Shown here piece by piece: positions 1 to 8,845 of a stretch of DNA of 29,367 bases; the first letter of the stretch is position 1; each line of letters opens with the position of its first letter. The position numbers and the translations under genes were made by a program. The notes under the pieces were generated by a model. It saw only the letters and a program-made list of their open reading frames with translations. It was not told where the DNA came from and searched no databases. Source of the stretch: an uncultured Elusimicrobiaceae bacterium (lineage in GTDB: Bacteria > Elusimicrobiota > Elusimicrobia > Elusimicrobiales > UBA9959); contig CAZVWK010000016.1 in NCBI GenBank assembly GCA_964631475.1, positions 1 to 29,367 of the forward strand, in the 5' to 3' direction.

Positions 1-1547
<1,547 letters not shown>

Positions 1548-1594
1548 CGCCGGCCGCCGAGGCCGCGTCCGCCCCGCGAGGGGACAAGGAACGA

Positions 1595-3430
1595 ATGCAA
1601 CAGGAAACCACAGCGCGCAGGGCGGACCTGCGGAACATAGCCATCATAGCTCACGTTGACCACGGCAAAACGACCCTGGTGGACGCCATGCTCAAGCAGA
1701 CCGGCGCCTTCACCGACAAAAGCGGCGAAGAAGCTATCTGCATAATGGACTCCAGCGACCTTGAGCGGGAGCGGGGCATAACCATACTTTCCAAGAATAC
1801 CTCCGTCCGCCGCGGCGACACGACCATACACATAGTCGACACGCCCGGACACGCCGACTTCGGCAGCGAGGTCGAGCGCGTGCTGCGCATGGTGGACGGG
1901 GTCCTGCTCCTGGTCGACGCACTCGACGGCCCCATGCCGCAGACCCGTTTCGTGCTCAAGAAGTCGCTGGCGCTCGGCTTGCGGCCCATCGTGGTCATAA
2001 ACAAGGTGGACCGGCCCAACTGCGACCCGCACGCCGCCCTCGACAAGGTGTTCGCGCTGTTCATGGAACTGGGCGCGACCGACTCCCAACTGGATTTTCC
2101 CGTGGTCTACGCGGTGGGTAGGGACGGCTGGGCCTCGCCGGACTACCATAAGCCGGCTAGGGACCTCTCCTTCCTATTCGAGACGATAATGAAGCATGTG
2201 CCCGGGCCCCTGGACCTGGACAAGGAGCCGCTGCGGGTGCTGATTACTATGCTGGACTACAGTTCCTATACCGGCCGCATCGGCGTAGGGCGCATCGTCC
2301 AGGGCGTCATCGCCTCCGGGCAGCAGGTTTCGCTCGGCTCTCCCTCCTCCCAGACCGCGACCCGGAAGGTCATGCAGCTCATGGGCTACCGCGGCCTGGA
2401 CCGCGTCACCATAAAGACCGCGCGCTCGGGCGACATCGTGGCCATAGCCGGCCTCGAGGGCGTCGAGGTTGGCGACACGGTCTCTTCCGTAGATTCCCCC
2501 GGCGTCCTGCCGGGACTCGAGATAGAGCAGCCCACGCTGTCGATGGAATTCTTCGCCAACGACGGCCCCTTCTCGGGCCGCGAGGGCAAGTTCGTCACTA
2601 TAACGCAGATACGCGACCGCCTTTACCGAGAACAGCAGACCAATGTCGGCCTCAAGGTCGAGGAGATCCCCGGCCAGGCCGGTTTCAAGGTCTCGGGCCG
2701 CGGCGAACTGCACCTCTCCATCCTGATAGAGACGATGCGCCGCGAAGGGTACGAGCTCTGCGTCTCCAAGATGGCCGTCATCACTAGGGAGGAGAACGGC
2801 GTCACGCTGGAGCCTGTGGAATACCTGATACTCGACGCCCCCGCCGAGTTCCAGGGCGCCGTCATGACCGGCCTGGGCGCCCGCGGCGCGCAGATGAAGA
2901 ACATGGTCGCGGGCGACGACGGCCGGGTGCGCTTCGAGTACGTCATCTCCTCCCGCGCGCTTATCGGTTTCAAGTCCGAGTTCATGACTTTCACCAGGGG
3001 TTCCGGCCTGATGCATCACAGTTTCCACGGCTTCCTGCCGGAGGGTAATTTCAGCCGGCCCCCGCGCAACGGCGTCTTCGTCGCCAAGGAGTCTGGCCAG
3101 TCCGCCGGTTACGCCCTGAACAGCCTGCAGGACCACGGCATCATGTTCGTAGGGCCAGGCGAGGAGGTCTATGCCGGGCAGGTGGTCGGCGAGCATTGCC
3201 GGGGCAACGACCTCGTGACCAATCCCTGCAAGGAGAAGAAGCAGACCAACATGCGCTCCTCCACCGCCGACGCCTCCATCATGCTCACGCCTCCGCTCCG
3301 GATGAGCCTGGAGCAGGCCATCGAGTATGTCGAAGAGGACGAGTTCGTGGAGGTCACGCCGAAGAGCCTGCGCCTGCGCAAGAAGATACTCGACCATTCC
3401 ATGCGAAAAAGGAGCGAGAAGGACGAGTGA
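1595..3430 (+). CDS. typA: translational GTPase TypA/BipA
   Basis: GTPase motifs [21 protein letters not shown] and NKVDR, followed by EF-G-like domains along the full length. ATG 1595 is preceded by AAGGA. The upstream ATG 1544 (ORF-track start) overlaps the ABC-F stop and adds 17 Ala/Pro-rich non-conserved residues, so it is the less likely start. Confidence 0.92.
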   Translation: MQQETTARRADLRNIAIIAHVDHGKTTLVDAMLKQTGAFTDKSGEEAICIMDSSDLERERGITILSKNTSVRRGDTTIHIVDTPGHADFGSEVERVLRMVDGVLLLVDALDGPMPQTRFVLKKSLALGLRPIVVINKVDRPNCDPHAALDKVFALFMELGATDSQLDFPVVYAVGRDGWASPDYHKPARDLSFLFETIMKHVPGPLDLDKEPLRVLITMLDYSSYTGRIGVGRIVQGVIASGQQVSLGSPSSQTATRKVMQLMGYRGLDRVTIKTARSGDIVAIAGLEGVEVGDTVSSVDSPGVLPGLEIEQPTLSMEFFANDGPFSGREGKFVTITQIRDRLYREQQTNVGLKVEEIPGQAGFKVSGRGELHLSILIETMRREGYELCVSKMAVITREENGVTLEPVEYLILDAPAEFQGAVMTGLGARGAQMKNMVAGDDGRVRFEYVISSRALIGFKSEFMTFTRGSGLMHHSFHGFLPEGNFSRPPRNGVFVAKESGQSAGYALNSLQDHGIMFVGPGEEVYAGQVVGEHCRGNDLVTNPCKEKKQTNMRSSTADASIMLTPPLRMSLEQAIEYVEEDEFVEVTPKSLRLRKKILDHSMRKRSEKDE

Positions 3431-3990
3431 GGCCCGCTCTCTCCGCCATCCTGCTCTTCCTGGCCGCGGCCGCCCCGAGGCCCGCCGCCGATCCCGCCGA
3501 CGGCTATATCGGCCGCTGGGCCGGCGAGGCCCGTCTGGATTCCGGCCAGAAATACGAAGTTTCGATATCCATCACGAAGGCTTCCCACGGCTTCTCCGCT
3601 TCCTATCACGCCACGCCAAAGGACGGCGGTGACGGCGGGTGGGTGCGCGGCACGGCAGAGGCGGCCAAAAAACCGGAGGGTTCTTACAGGATCAGGCTGA
3701 GGCTGGACGCTTTCAGGAATTTTAACATGCCCGCCACGGCCCGCGTAGAAGAGGATGGGAAACTGACCATAGAGTCGGTAATGTTCAGAGGTTCCGGCAG
3801 CCTCAACCCCGGGAAAGACGAGATCCGCTTCATGTACGAATCCCGCATGGGTTCCGGCAAAGGGGCGCTGACCAAAAAAGTCCCCAAGAAACCGGGCGCG
3901 GCCAGGAAGAAGGAAGAGGTTTTTTCTCCGCCTTTACCTTCGGCCCCCGGCCCGGTTAAAATTGAAGTAGCGCCCCTCAGGCCCGACTGA
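3427..3990 (+). CDS. hypothetical exported protein (signal-peptide-like N-terminus, Lys/Pro-rich tail)
   Basis: GTG 3427 overlaps the typA stop (GTGA). The product starts [23 protein letters not shown]. The part of ORF 3196..3990 upstream of 3427 lies out of frame inside typA. No domain recognised. Confidence 0.5.
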   Translation: MRPALSAILLFLAAAAPRPAADPADGYIGRWAGEARLDSGQKYEVSISITKASHGFSASYHATPKDGGDGGWVRGTAEAAKKPEGSYRIRLRLDAFRNFNMPATARVEEDGKLTIESVMFRGSGSLNPGKDEIRFMYESRMGSGKGALTKKVPKKPGAARKKEEVFSPPLPSAPGPVKIEVAPLRPD

Positions 3991-4218
3991 CCCCGCCCGC
4001 GGGTCTTTCCGCAGGCCCGGCCGGACACGGGCAGGCGCAGTAAGTCACGACGCAGGCAGAGATATACACCCACAGCAGCCGCGCCATTATGCCGCCCAGC
4101 GCTCCGTAGACGCTGCGGCCGGCGCGAACTTGTAGAAAAGGGCCGGGCCCGCGAAGACGACCGCCCAGGGCAGGAAGACGAAGAACAGGTTGTACCTGGA
4201 GCCGGGATTGTCGCTCAT
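3977..4218 (-). pseudogene. possible remnant of the C-terminus of a YihY/BrkB-family membrane protein (two frames, shortened)
   Basis: Minus-strand ATG 4218 gives MSDNPGSRYNLFFVFLPWAVVFAGPALFYKFAPAA, stopping at 4087. A second frame continues SVYGALGGIMARLLWVYISACVVTY, resembling the YGslg..llWlYls motif at the end of YihY proteins. The piece is too short and is frameshifted. Weak call made from memory of the family. Confidence 0.25.
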
Positions 4219-4260
4219 GCCAGATGGATGTTATCAAACGAGGGGGCTCCGGTCCTCAAC

Positions 4261-4282
4261 TTTGGTATATTTTTGGTATATT
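4261..4282 (+). promoter_or_regulatory. tandemly duplicated extended -10 element (TTTGGTATATT x2) upstream of the cytosine deaminase gene
   Basis: An exact 11-bp unit occurs at 4261-4271 and 4272-4282, each containing TGgTATATT. The second hexamer TATATT ends at 4282, which predicts a TSS at 4289/4290, the A of ATG 4290. No SD lies in between. Confidence 0.5.
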
Positions 4283-4289
4283 TTAACCA

Positions 4290-4733
4290 ATGGACGATCA
4301 TATCAAGTTTATGCGCGAAGCTATAATAGAGGCACGAAGAGGCCTGGCAGAGGGCGGAATCCCGATAGGCGCGGTCCTGGTCAGTGGGGGGAGTATAATA
4401 GGAAGGGGTCATAATCGCCGGGTGCAGAAAAAATCGGCCATACTGCACGCCGAAATGGACTGCCTGGAGAACGCCGGGCGTCTCAAGGCGGCGGATTACC
4501 GCCGATGCACCATTTATTCAACCCTGTCCCCCTGCCACATGTGCACCGGGGCTATACTGCTCTACGGCATCCCCAGGGTGGTAATAGGAGAGAACCGGAC
4601 CTTCAAGGGGCCGGAAACTTATTCCCGCCGCCGGCTGAAGCTCACAAACCTGGACCTGGCGGAATGTCGGGAACTGATGGCGGGGTTCATAAAGGCCCGT
4701 CCGGAACTGTGGTATGAGGATATCGGAAAATAA
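4290..4733 (+). CDS. yeast-type (Fcy1-like, CDA-fold) cytosine deaminase
   Basis: Zn motifs HAE and PCHMCTGA are present. The blocks GIPIGAVL, GRGHNRR, YSTLSPC.MCTGAI..YGIPR.V.GEN..F.G and the C-terminal RPELWYEDIG align end to end with my recollection of S. cerevisiae Fcy1 (...ERPQDWFEDIGE). Confidence 0.85.
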   Translation: MDDHIKFMREAIIEARRGLAEGGIPIGAVLVSGGSIIGRGHNRRVQKKSAILHAEMDCLENAGRLKAADYRRCTIYSTLSPCHMCTGAILLYGIPRVVIGENRTFKGPETYSRRRLKLTNLDLAECRELMAGFIKARPELWYEDIGK

Positions 4734-4739
4734 ATCATG

Positions 4740-4767
4740 TTCAGAACGCGCGACAATATGCTATGAT
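4740..4767 (+). promoter_or_regulatory. sigma70-like promoter with extended -10 for the RRM protein gene
   Basis: TTCAGA (4740-4745), a 16-nt spacer, then TGcTATGAT (-10 at 4762-4767). This predicts a 5' UTR of about 107 nt before ATG 4881. Confidence 0.45.
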
Positions 4768-4880
4768 ATCTGCGTACCCAGAACTCAGTCTATTGCGGTC
4801 CGACCCGGCAATACTGCGGTGTAGAAGATAGCAGAGAGTGAGTTTGCGGACAGAGAGAGTATTGTCAGGAGGATAGCACA

Positions 4881-5216
4881 ATGAAAAAGATATACGTAGG
4901 GGGACTCCCCTTCTCGACCACCGAGGACGAACTGAACGGTCTGTTCGGCAGCTACGGCAAGGTCTCCAGCGCCAAGATCATCACGGATAAGTTCAGCGGG
5001 CAGTCCCGCGGCTTCGGCTTCGTGAAGATGGAAGATGACGGCGAGGCCACCGCGGCCATGGACAAGCTTAACGGCTCCGAGTTCGGCGGCCGCAAGCTGA
5101 CCGTCAATGAGGCCCGGCCCATGGAGCCCCGCTCCGGCGGCGGCAAGTTCGGCGGCGGCGGCGGTCGCGGCGGTGACCGCGGCGGTCGCGGCGGCGGCGG
5201 CTTCTCCAAGTGGTGA
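4881..5216 (+). CDS. RRM-type RNA-binding protein with Gly/Arg-rich (RGG) tail
   Basis: RNP2 IYVGGL and RNP1 RGFGFVKM are present, with a C-terminal GGGKFGGGGGRGGDRGGRGGGGF tail. A strong SD (AGGAGG) lies 9 nt upstream of the ATG. Confidence 0.9.
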   Translation: MKKIYVGGLPFSTTEDELNGLFGSYGKVSSAKIITDKFSGQSRGFGFVKMEDDGEATAAMDKLNGSEFGGRKLTVNEARPMEPRSGGGKFGGGGGRGGDRGGRGGGGFSKW

Positions 5217-5250
5217 ACTGACCCCATAGACTGAAACTGAAAAGTTTCGA

Positions 5251-5285
5251 CCCCCGTTCGCGCAAGCGGACGGGGGTTTTTGTTT
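5251..5285 (+). terminator. rho-independent terminator of the RRM gene
   Basis: Stem CCCCCGTTCGC / GCGGACGGGGG with a GCAA tetraloop, followed by TTTTTGTTT. Confidence 0.8.
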
Positions 5286-5501
5286 GGGCCGAATTCATGA
5301 AACACTCGCGATTATGGCGGCGATACGCCGCCTAGTCGTCAAGTCCTGCGCCGGGCCCGGTTTCGCCCTCGAATGGCTCTTATACAGGCTGAAATCAAAT
5401 TTTTAGTGAGTTCGCCGGGTATGGCGTTGTAGCAATGGGCTGGTCTGAGCTGCGCTCGCTTTACCGGCGGCAGGCCGAAAAAAATATACTTTTCCTGGAA
5501 T

Positions 5502-5617
5502 CCGAGGGAGGCTATATGTTCAAATCGGCAAACAGCAAGGAAGACTACCTCCCTCCTCCTTCTTTTATACCGAAGCCCCGAGGGTATATGTTCAAATCGG
5601 CAAACAGCAAGGAAGAC
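5502..5617 (+). repeat. direct duplication of RBS + ATG + first 10 codons of the cupin gene (copies 5502-5545 and 5578-5617, 72 bp apart, in frame)
   Basis: The 33-bp core TATATGTTCAAATCGGCAAACAGCAAGGAAGAC is identical at 5513-5545 and 5585-5617. Both copies are preceded by CCGAGGG, and copy 1 has an extra AGGC that creates GGAGG. Confidence 0.9.
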
Positions 5618-5929
5618 CTCAAGGGCAAAGCCCTCAAAGCCAAGGACCTGGTAGGTTACGACAAGGGGGCGGTGGTCAGCCGTACCATAATAGACAAGAA
5701 GACGGGCACCGTCACCATATTCTCTTTCGACAAGGGCCAGGGGCTCAGTGAGCACACCGCCCCCTTCGACGCGATGGTGCAGATACTCGACGGCGAGGCC
5801 GAGATAACCATCTCCGGCAAGCCGCGCCGCGTGAAGGCCGGCGAGCTCATAATCATGCCGGCGCACAAGCCGCACGCGCTTAAAGCCGTCAAGCGGTACA
5901 AGATGGCGCTGATAATGATAAAAGCGTAA
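5516..5929 (+). CDS. cupin domain protein (alternative in-frame start at 5588)
   Basis: Single-domain cupin pattern: G.VT.FSFDKGQGLSEHTAPFDAMVQILDGEAEI...AGELIIMPA..PHAL. ATG 5516 has SD GAGGGAGG. ATG 5588 gives the approximately 113-aa length usual for this type. The ORF-track start at 5435 has no support. Confidence 0.8.
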   Translation: MFKSANSKEDYLPPPSFIPKPRGYMFKSANSKEDLKGKALKAKDLVGYDKGAVVSRTIIDKKTGTVTIFSFDKGQGLSEHTAPFDAMVQILDGEAEITISGKPRRVKAGELIIMPAHKPHALKAVKRYKMALIMIKA

Positions 5930-5942
5930 AAAGGGGGGGGAC

Positions 5943-6912
5943 ATGGGGGGAACGCCGGACAGGAAACGGATACTCAAAGAAATAATCGGCCAGCTCCACA
6001 CCGGGCTGCCGCTGGCGGAGGCCAAAAAGCGTTTCGAGGCGGAGATAGGCAATGTCACCTCGACGGAGATCTTCGAGCTGGAGTAGTCGCTGATAGACGA
6101 CGGGGTTCCGCCGGAAGAGATAAAACGCTTCTGCAACATGCACGCGCTGCTTTTCCAGAAAGACCTGGAGAAGACCATGTCCGACCCGGAGAATCAGAAC
6201 CATCCCGTCGCGCTGTTCAAAGCCGAGAACGCCCAGATAAAGCGCCGCGTCGATTCCGCAAAAGCCCTGCTGCCGGGCCTTCAGGACGGCAAGGGCGCCG
6301 ACTGGGTGAAGAACATCCTGGGAGGAACTGCGCGCCGTGATAAAGCATTACGAACGCAAGGAGCAGTTGCTCTTTCCTTACCTGGAGAAGCTCAAGGCCG
6401 CGGACTGGGCCGAGATCTTCCGCGAGAGCGCGCAGGCCGGCTACATCTTCATCGACCCGCCGGTCGCCCTGGCCGAGGCTCTCGACATCGCCGCCAATAC
6501 CGGCGTGGCCGGCGGAGTAGTGAGCCTGCCCAGCGGCAATATGAAGTTGGAACAGTTCGTCGCCCTGCTCGACACGCTGCCGGTAGACCTGACCTTCGTC
6601 GACGCCGACGATACCGTCCGCTACTTCTCCGAGGGGAAGGACCGCGTCTTCCTGCGCGCGCGGTCTATCATCGGCCGCAAGGTGCAGAACTGCCACCCGC
6701 CGGCCAGCCTGGCCGCCGTGGAGAAGATAGTCGATGCCTTAAAGGACGGCTCCAGGGATACGGAAGAGTTCTGGATAAACATGAGGGGCCGTGTCATACA
6801 CATACGCTATTTCGCCCTGCGCGGCCCCGCGAAGGAGTCCCTGGGGGCGCTGGAAGTCACCCAGGACATCACGGACATGCAGAAGATAAAGGGCGAAAAG
6901 ATGCTGGCCTGA
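5943..6912 (+). pseudogene. DUF438 / hemerythrin / PAS-type protein, disrupted by an in-frame TAG (6084-6086), a +1 frameshift (about 6310-6325) and an apparently missing central segment
   Basis: The N-terminal part reads LKEIIGQLHTG...EIFELE*SLIDDGVPPEEIKRFCNMHALLF. A frame change follows to ELRAVIKHYERKEQLLFPYLEK. The C-terminal PAS-like block is LPVDLTFVDADDTVRYFSEG..VF.R..S.IGRKVQNCHPP.S...VEKI...K.G..D..EFWI......IHIRYFA....G..LG.LEVTQDIT. The total of about 323 codons is shorter than the approximately 400+ aa I recall for this family. Confidence 0.7.
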
Positions 6913-7105
6913 TATGGAAACAAAAGTCATAGACCTCGACAGGACGCTCTACGATGGGCTTCGGGCTTAAGCCGGGCTTCTACGTCTGGTACCCAGTCCT
7001 GATCATTTTCATGGTCCTTTTCCAGTTTACCTACGGCTATCTCCTGCCTTTCTTCTCTTCCGCCGCCCCGGCCGACGGGTCCGGCCCGGGGGCTTTCCTG
7101 GGGGG

Positions 7106-7435
7106 ATGGCTTTCTGCTGCATGGTGATCAACGGGACCTATCTCTACCAGATACTGCCTTTCAGGCGCAAGCGCGAGAGCGAGGCCGAGGCCCGCAGGCG
7201 CTGGAAGGAATGGACGGACCTGATGACCGGCCGCTACGACGACGGCTGCCAGCTCTGCGGCCGGCAGGCTTTCTCGATAGTAGCCCTACTCGGCGTCGCG
7301 CTGGCCGCAAATCATTACATCGGCTTCGCCGACCACTTCACACTGGTCAATCTCGGCCTGCGGGTGCCCCTCGTTCTCATGCCCTCCTCTCCCGCGCCGC
7401 CCCTTGACATAAGACAGGACTCTGTTAGAATATAA
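7106..7435 (+). CDS. hypothetical protein; probably the 3' part of a small membrane-protein gene whose 5' part (6954..7127) is in another frame
   Basis: ORF 7106..7435 reads MAFCCMVINGTYLYQILPFRRKRE.... A 57-codon TM-like ORF (MGFGLKPGFYVWYPVLIIFMVLFQFTYGYLLPFF...) in frame 0 ends at 7127. The two frames meet at a G6 run (7100-7105). No family recognised. Confidence 0.3.
   Translation: MAFCCMVINGTYLYQILPFRRKRESEAEARRRWKEWTDLMTGRYDDGCQLCGRQAFSIVALLGVALAANHYIGFADHFTLVNLGLRVPLVLMPSSPAPPLDIRQDSVRI
7404..7431 (+). promoter_or_regulatory. sigma70-like promoter (TTGACA - 16 nt - TAGAAT)
   Basis: TTGACA at 7404-7409 and TAGAAT at 7426-7431. The predicted TSS is about 7438, 3 nt before ATG 7441. Confidence 0.55.
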
Positions 7436-7440
7436 GGCCG

Positions 7441-8793
7441 ATGGAAGTCCGTTCAGCCATTGTCAGGCATCAGAATAACCCTCGCGCCCGGCGAAAAGGT
7501 CGGGGGTTTTTCCCGTGCCTTATGACAAGGGCCGCTCTGGCCCTCTGCGTCCTTCTCCCGGCCAGTCTCCCGGCGTCGGCTTCCGATTATCATATTTCCT
7601 ATCTCTGGCATCCGGACCTGGCTACCGTGGAGGCCTATAAGAGAAAAGTCGCCGGCCTGCTCGGCCGCGACATGGCCAAGCGGCTCCGCGTGGTCAGGGG
7701 CCAGGATAATTACGGCCTGGTCTATCCCCGCAGGGGTGGCCTCGAGTCCGCCAACACGGTCGCGGCCCGCCATACCCGCCTGCTGGGCGTGAAAAAGCTG
7801 GAGCCCGCCTCGGCTATACCGGCCGCAGACTGGCGCGACGCGCTGGCCGCGGCTTCCGCTCCGTCCTCCGCCCCGCCCGCCTCGGCCGCGGAGCAGCCGC
7901 CCGCCCCGGCCGCGGCCGACTTGAAGCCGTCCGGGAACGCGGCGTTGTCCGCCCTCGGCGAAAAGGTGGAGTCGTATATAAAAGGCCTCCGGCGGAAGCG
8001 GATAATCCAGTCAGACGAGCGCACGGCCTGGTCCGTCTACGATTTTACCTCCGGCGAAAAACTGGTTTCGATAAACGAAGAAGTCCCCATGTCCGCCGCC
8101 AGCATGATAAAACCCTTCGTGGCGCTGGCCTGGCTCCACGAGGCCGAGGCCGGCAGGAAGGCGTACGGCGCCGAGGAAAAGCGGCGCATGGAGAACATGA
8201 TCCGCGATTCCGGCAATATCTCCACCAGCCGCTTCATGCGCGACCTGGGCGGTCCTGGCGCCGTGCAACGCCTGCTCAAGTCCAATTATCCCGGGATCTT
8301 CCAGCAGACCAGCATGGTCGAGTACATACCGGCCAACGGCAGGACCTATCGCAACCGGGCTTCGGCCCGCGATTACAGCCGCTTCCTCTACGCCGTCTGG
8401 AAGGACGAGGTGAAGGGCTCCGCCGAGATAAAGCGCCTGATGGGCCTCTCCAAGCCCAACCGCCTCTATACCTCGGTGCCGGAGGTCCCTGAGGACACCG
8501 AGGTGATGGACAAGACCGGAAGTACGGCCCGTCTCTGCGGCGACATGGGTATAATGGTGGCCAGGGACGCCGACGGCAACGCCTATCCTTATATTATAGT
8601 GGGCATTATCGAGAAATCCCGGCCGGCCAGCGGCTACGCCGGCTGGATGCGCTCCCGGGGCAACGTCATCCGGGCGGTCTCCGGCATGGTCTACGAGGAG
8701 CTCTCGGCGGCGCACGGCTTCGGCCCCGCCGCCGTGGCCGCGCGCGGGGGAGAGGACGGCGGCGCGGAGGAGGAAGGCTCCGGCGGATCCTGA
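7441..8793 (+). CDS. exported serine hydrolase: SPOR-like domain, Ala/Pro linker, then a class A beta-lactamase-fold domain
   Basis: Motifs in class A order: SxxK (AASMIKP), SxN-like (DSGN) and KTG (DKTGS). The N-terminal YHISYLW...LRVVRGQDNYGLVY...ANTVAARHTRLL has a SPOR-like beta-alpha-beta-beta-alpha pattern (weaker call). The hydrophobic signal sequence starts at Met 7522 (MTRAALALCVLLPASLPASA), which is an alternative start. Confidence 0.75.
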   Translation: MEVRSAIVRHQNNPRARRKGRGFFPCLMTRAALALCVLLPASLPASASDYHISYLWHPDLATVEAYKRKVAGLLGRDMAKRLRVVRGQDNYGLVYPRRGGLESANTVAARHTRLLGVKKLEPASAIPAADWRDALAAASAPSSAPPASAAEQPPAPAAADLKPSGNAALSALGEKVESYIKGLRRKRIIQSDERTAWSVYDFTSGEKLVSINEEVPMSAASMIKPFVALAWLHEAEAGRKAYGAEEKRRMENMIRDSGNISTSRFMRDLGGPGAVQRLLKSNYPGIFQQTSMVEYIPANGRTYRNRASARDYSRFLYAVWKDEVKGSAEIKRLMGLSKPNRLYTSVPEVPEDTEVMDKTGSTARLCGDMGIMVARDADGNAYPYIIVGIIEKSRPASGYAGWMRSRGNVIRAVSGMVYEELSAAHGFGPAAVAARGGEDGGAEEEGSGGS

Positions 8794-8808
8794 CCCCCCG
8801 CTTTTTGT

Positions 8809-8845
8809 TTGACAAAAGTTTGGTTATTTGGCATAATAGCCAAAT
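8809..8845 (+). promoter_or_regulatory. ars promoter (TTGACA - 17 nt - CATAAT) with an overlapping palindromic operator
   Basis: TTGACA at 8809-8814 and CATAAT at 8832-8837. A perfect inverted repeat ATTTGGC-n6-GCCAAAT (8826-8845) covers the -10 box and the ATG. The predicted TSS 8844 is the A of the arsR ATG. Confidence 0.65.

Noticed and set aside
3196-3426. N-terminal extensions of track ORFs (3196..3990, 18144..18809, 18443..19942, 23327..23752, 14254, 15289, 16621)
   Set aside because: The extended parts overlap the preceding gene out of frame or run through promoters. Internal starts with an RBS, signal peptide or family-typical N-terminus fit better.
5319-5335. Perfect hairpin GGCGGCG-ATA-CGCCGCC and the surrounding approximately 200-nt non-coding stretch (5286-5500) as an ncRNA or riboswitch
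   Set aside because: I recognise no riboswitch consensus and there is no U-run. The region also contains the likely cupin promoter (TATACT 5485-5490). It cannot be supported without covariation data.
7483-7510. Hairpin + GGTTTTT (CCCGGC-GAAAAG-GTCGGG GGTTTTT) downstream of the 7404-7431 promoter as an attenuator
   Set aside because: The stem is only about 6 bp with a mismatch, and it lies inside the candidate coding region if translation starts at 7441. The support is insufficient.
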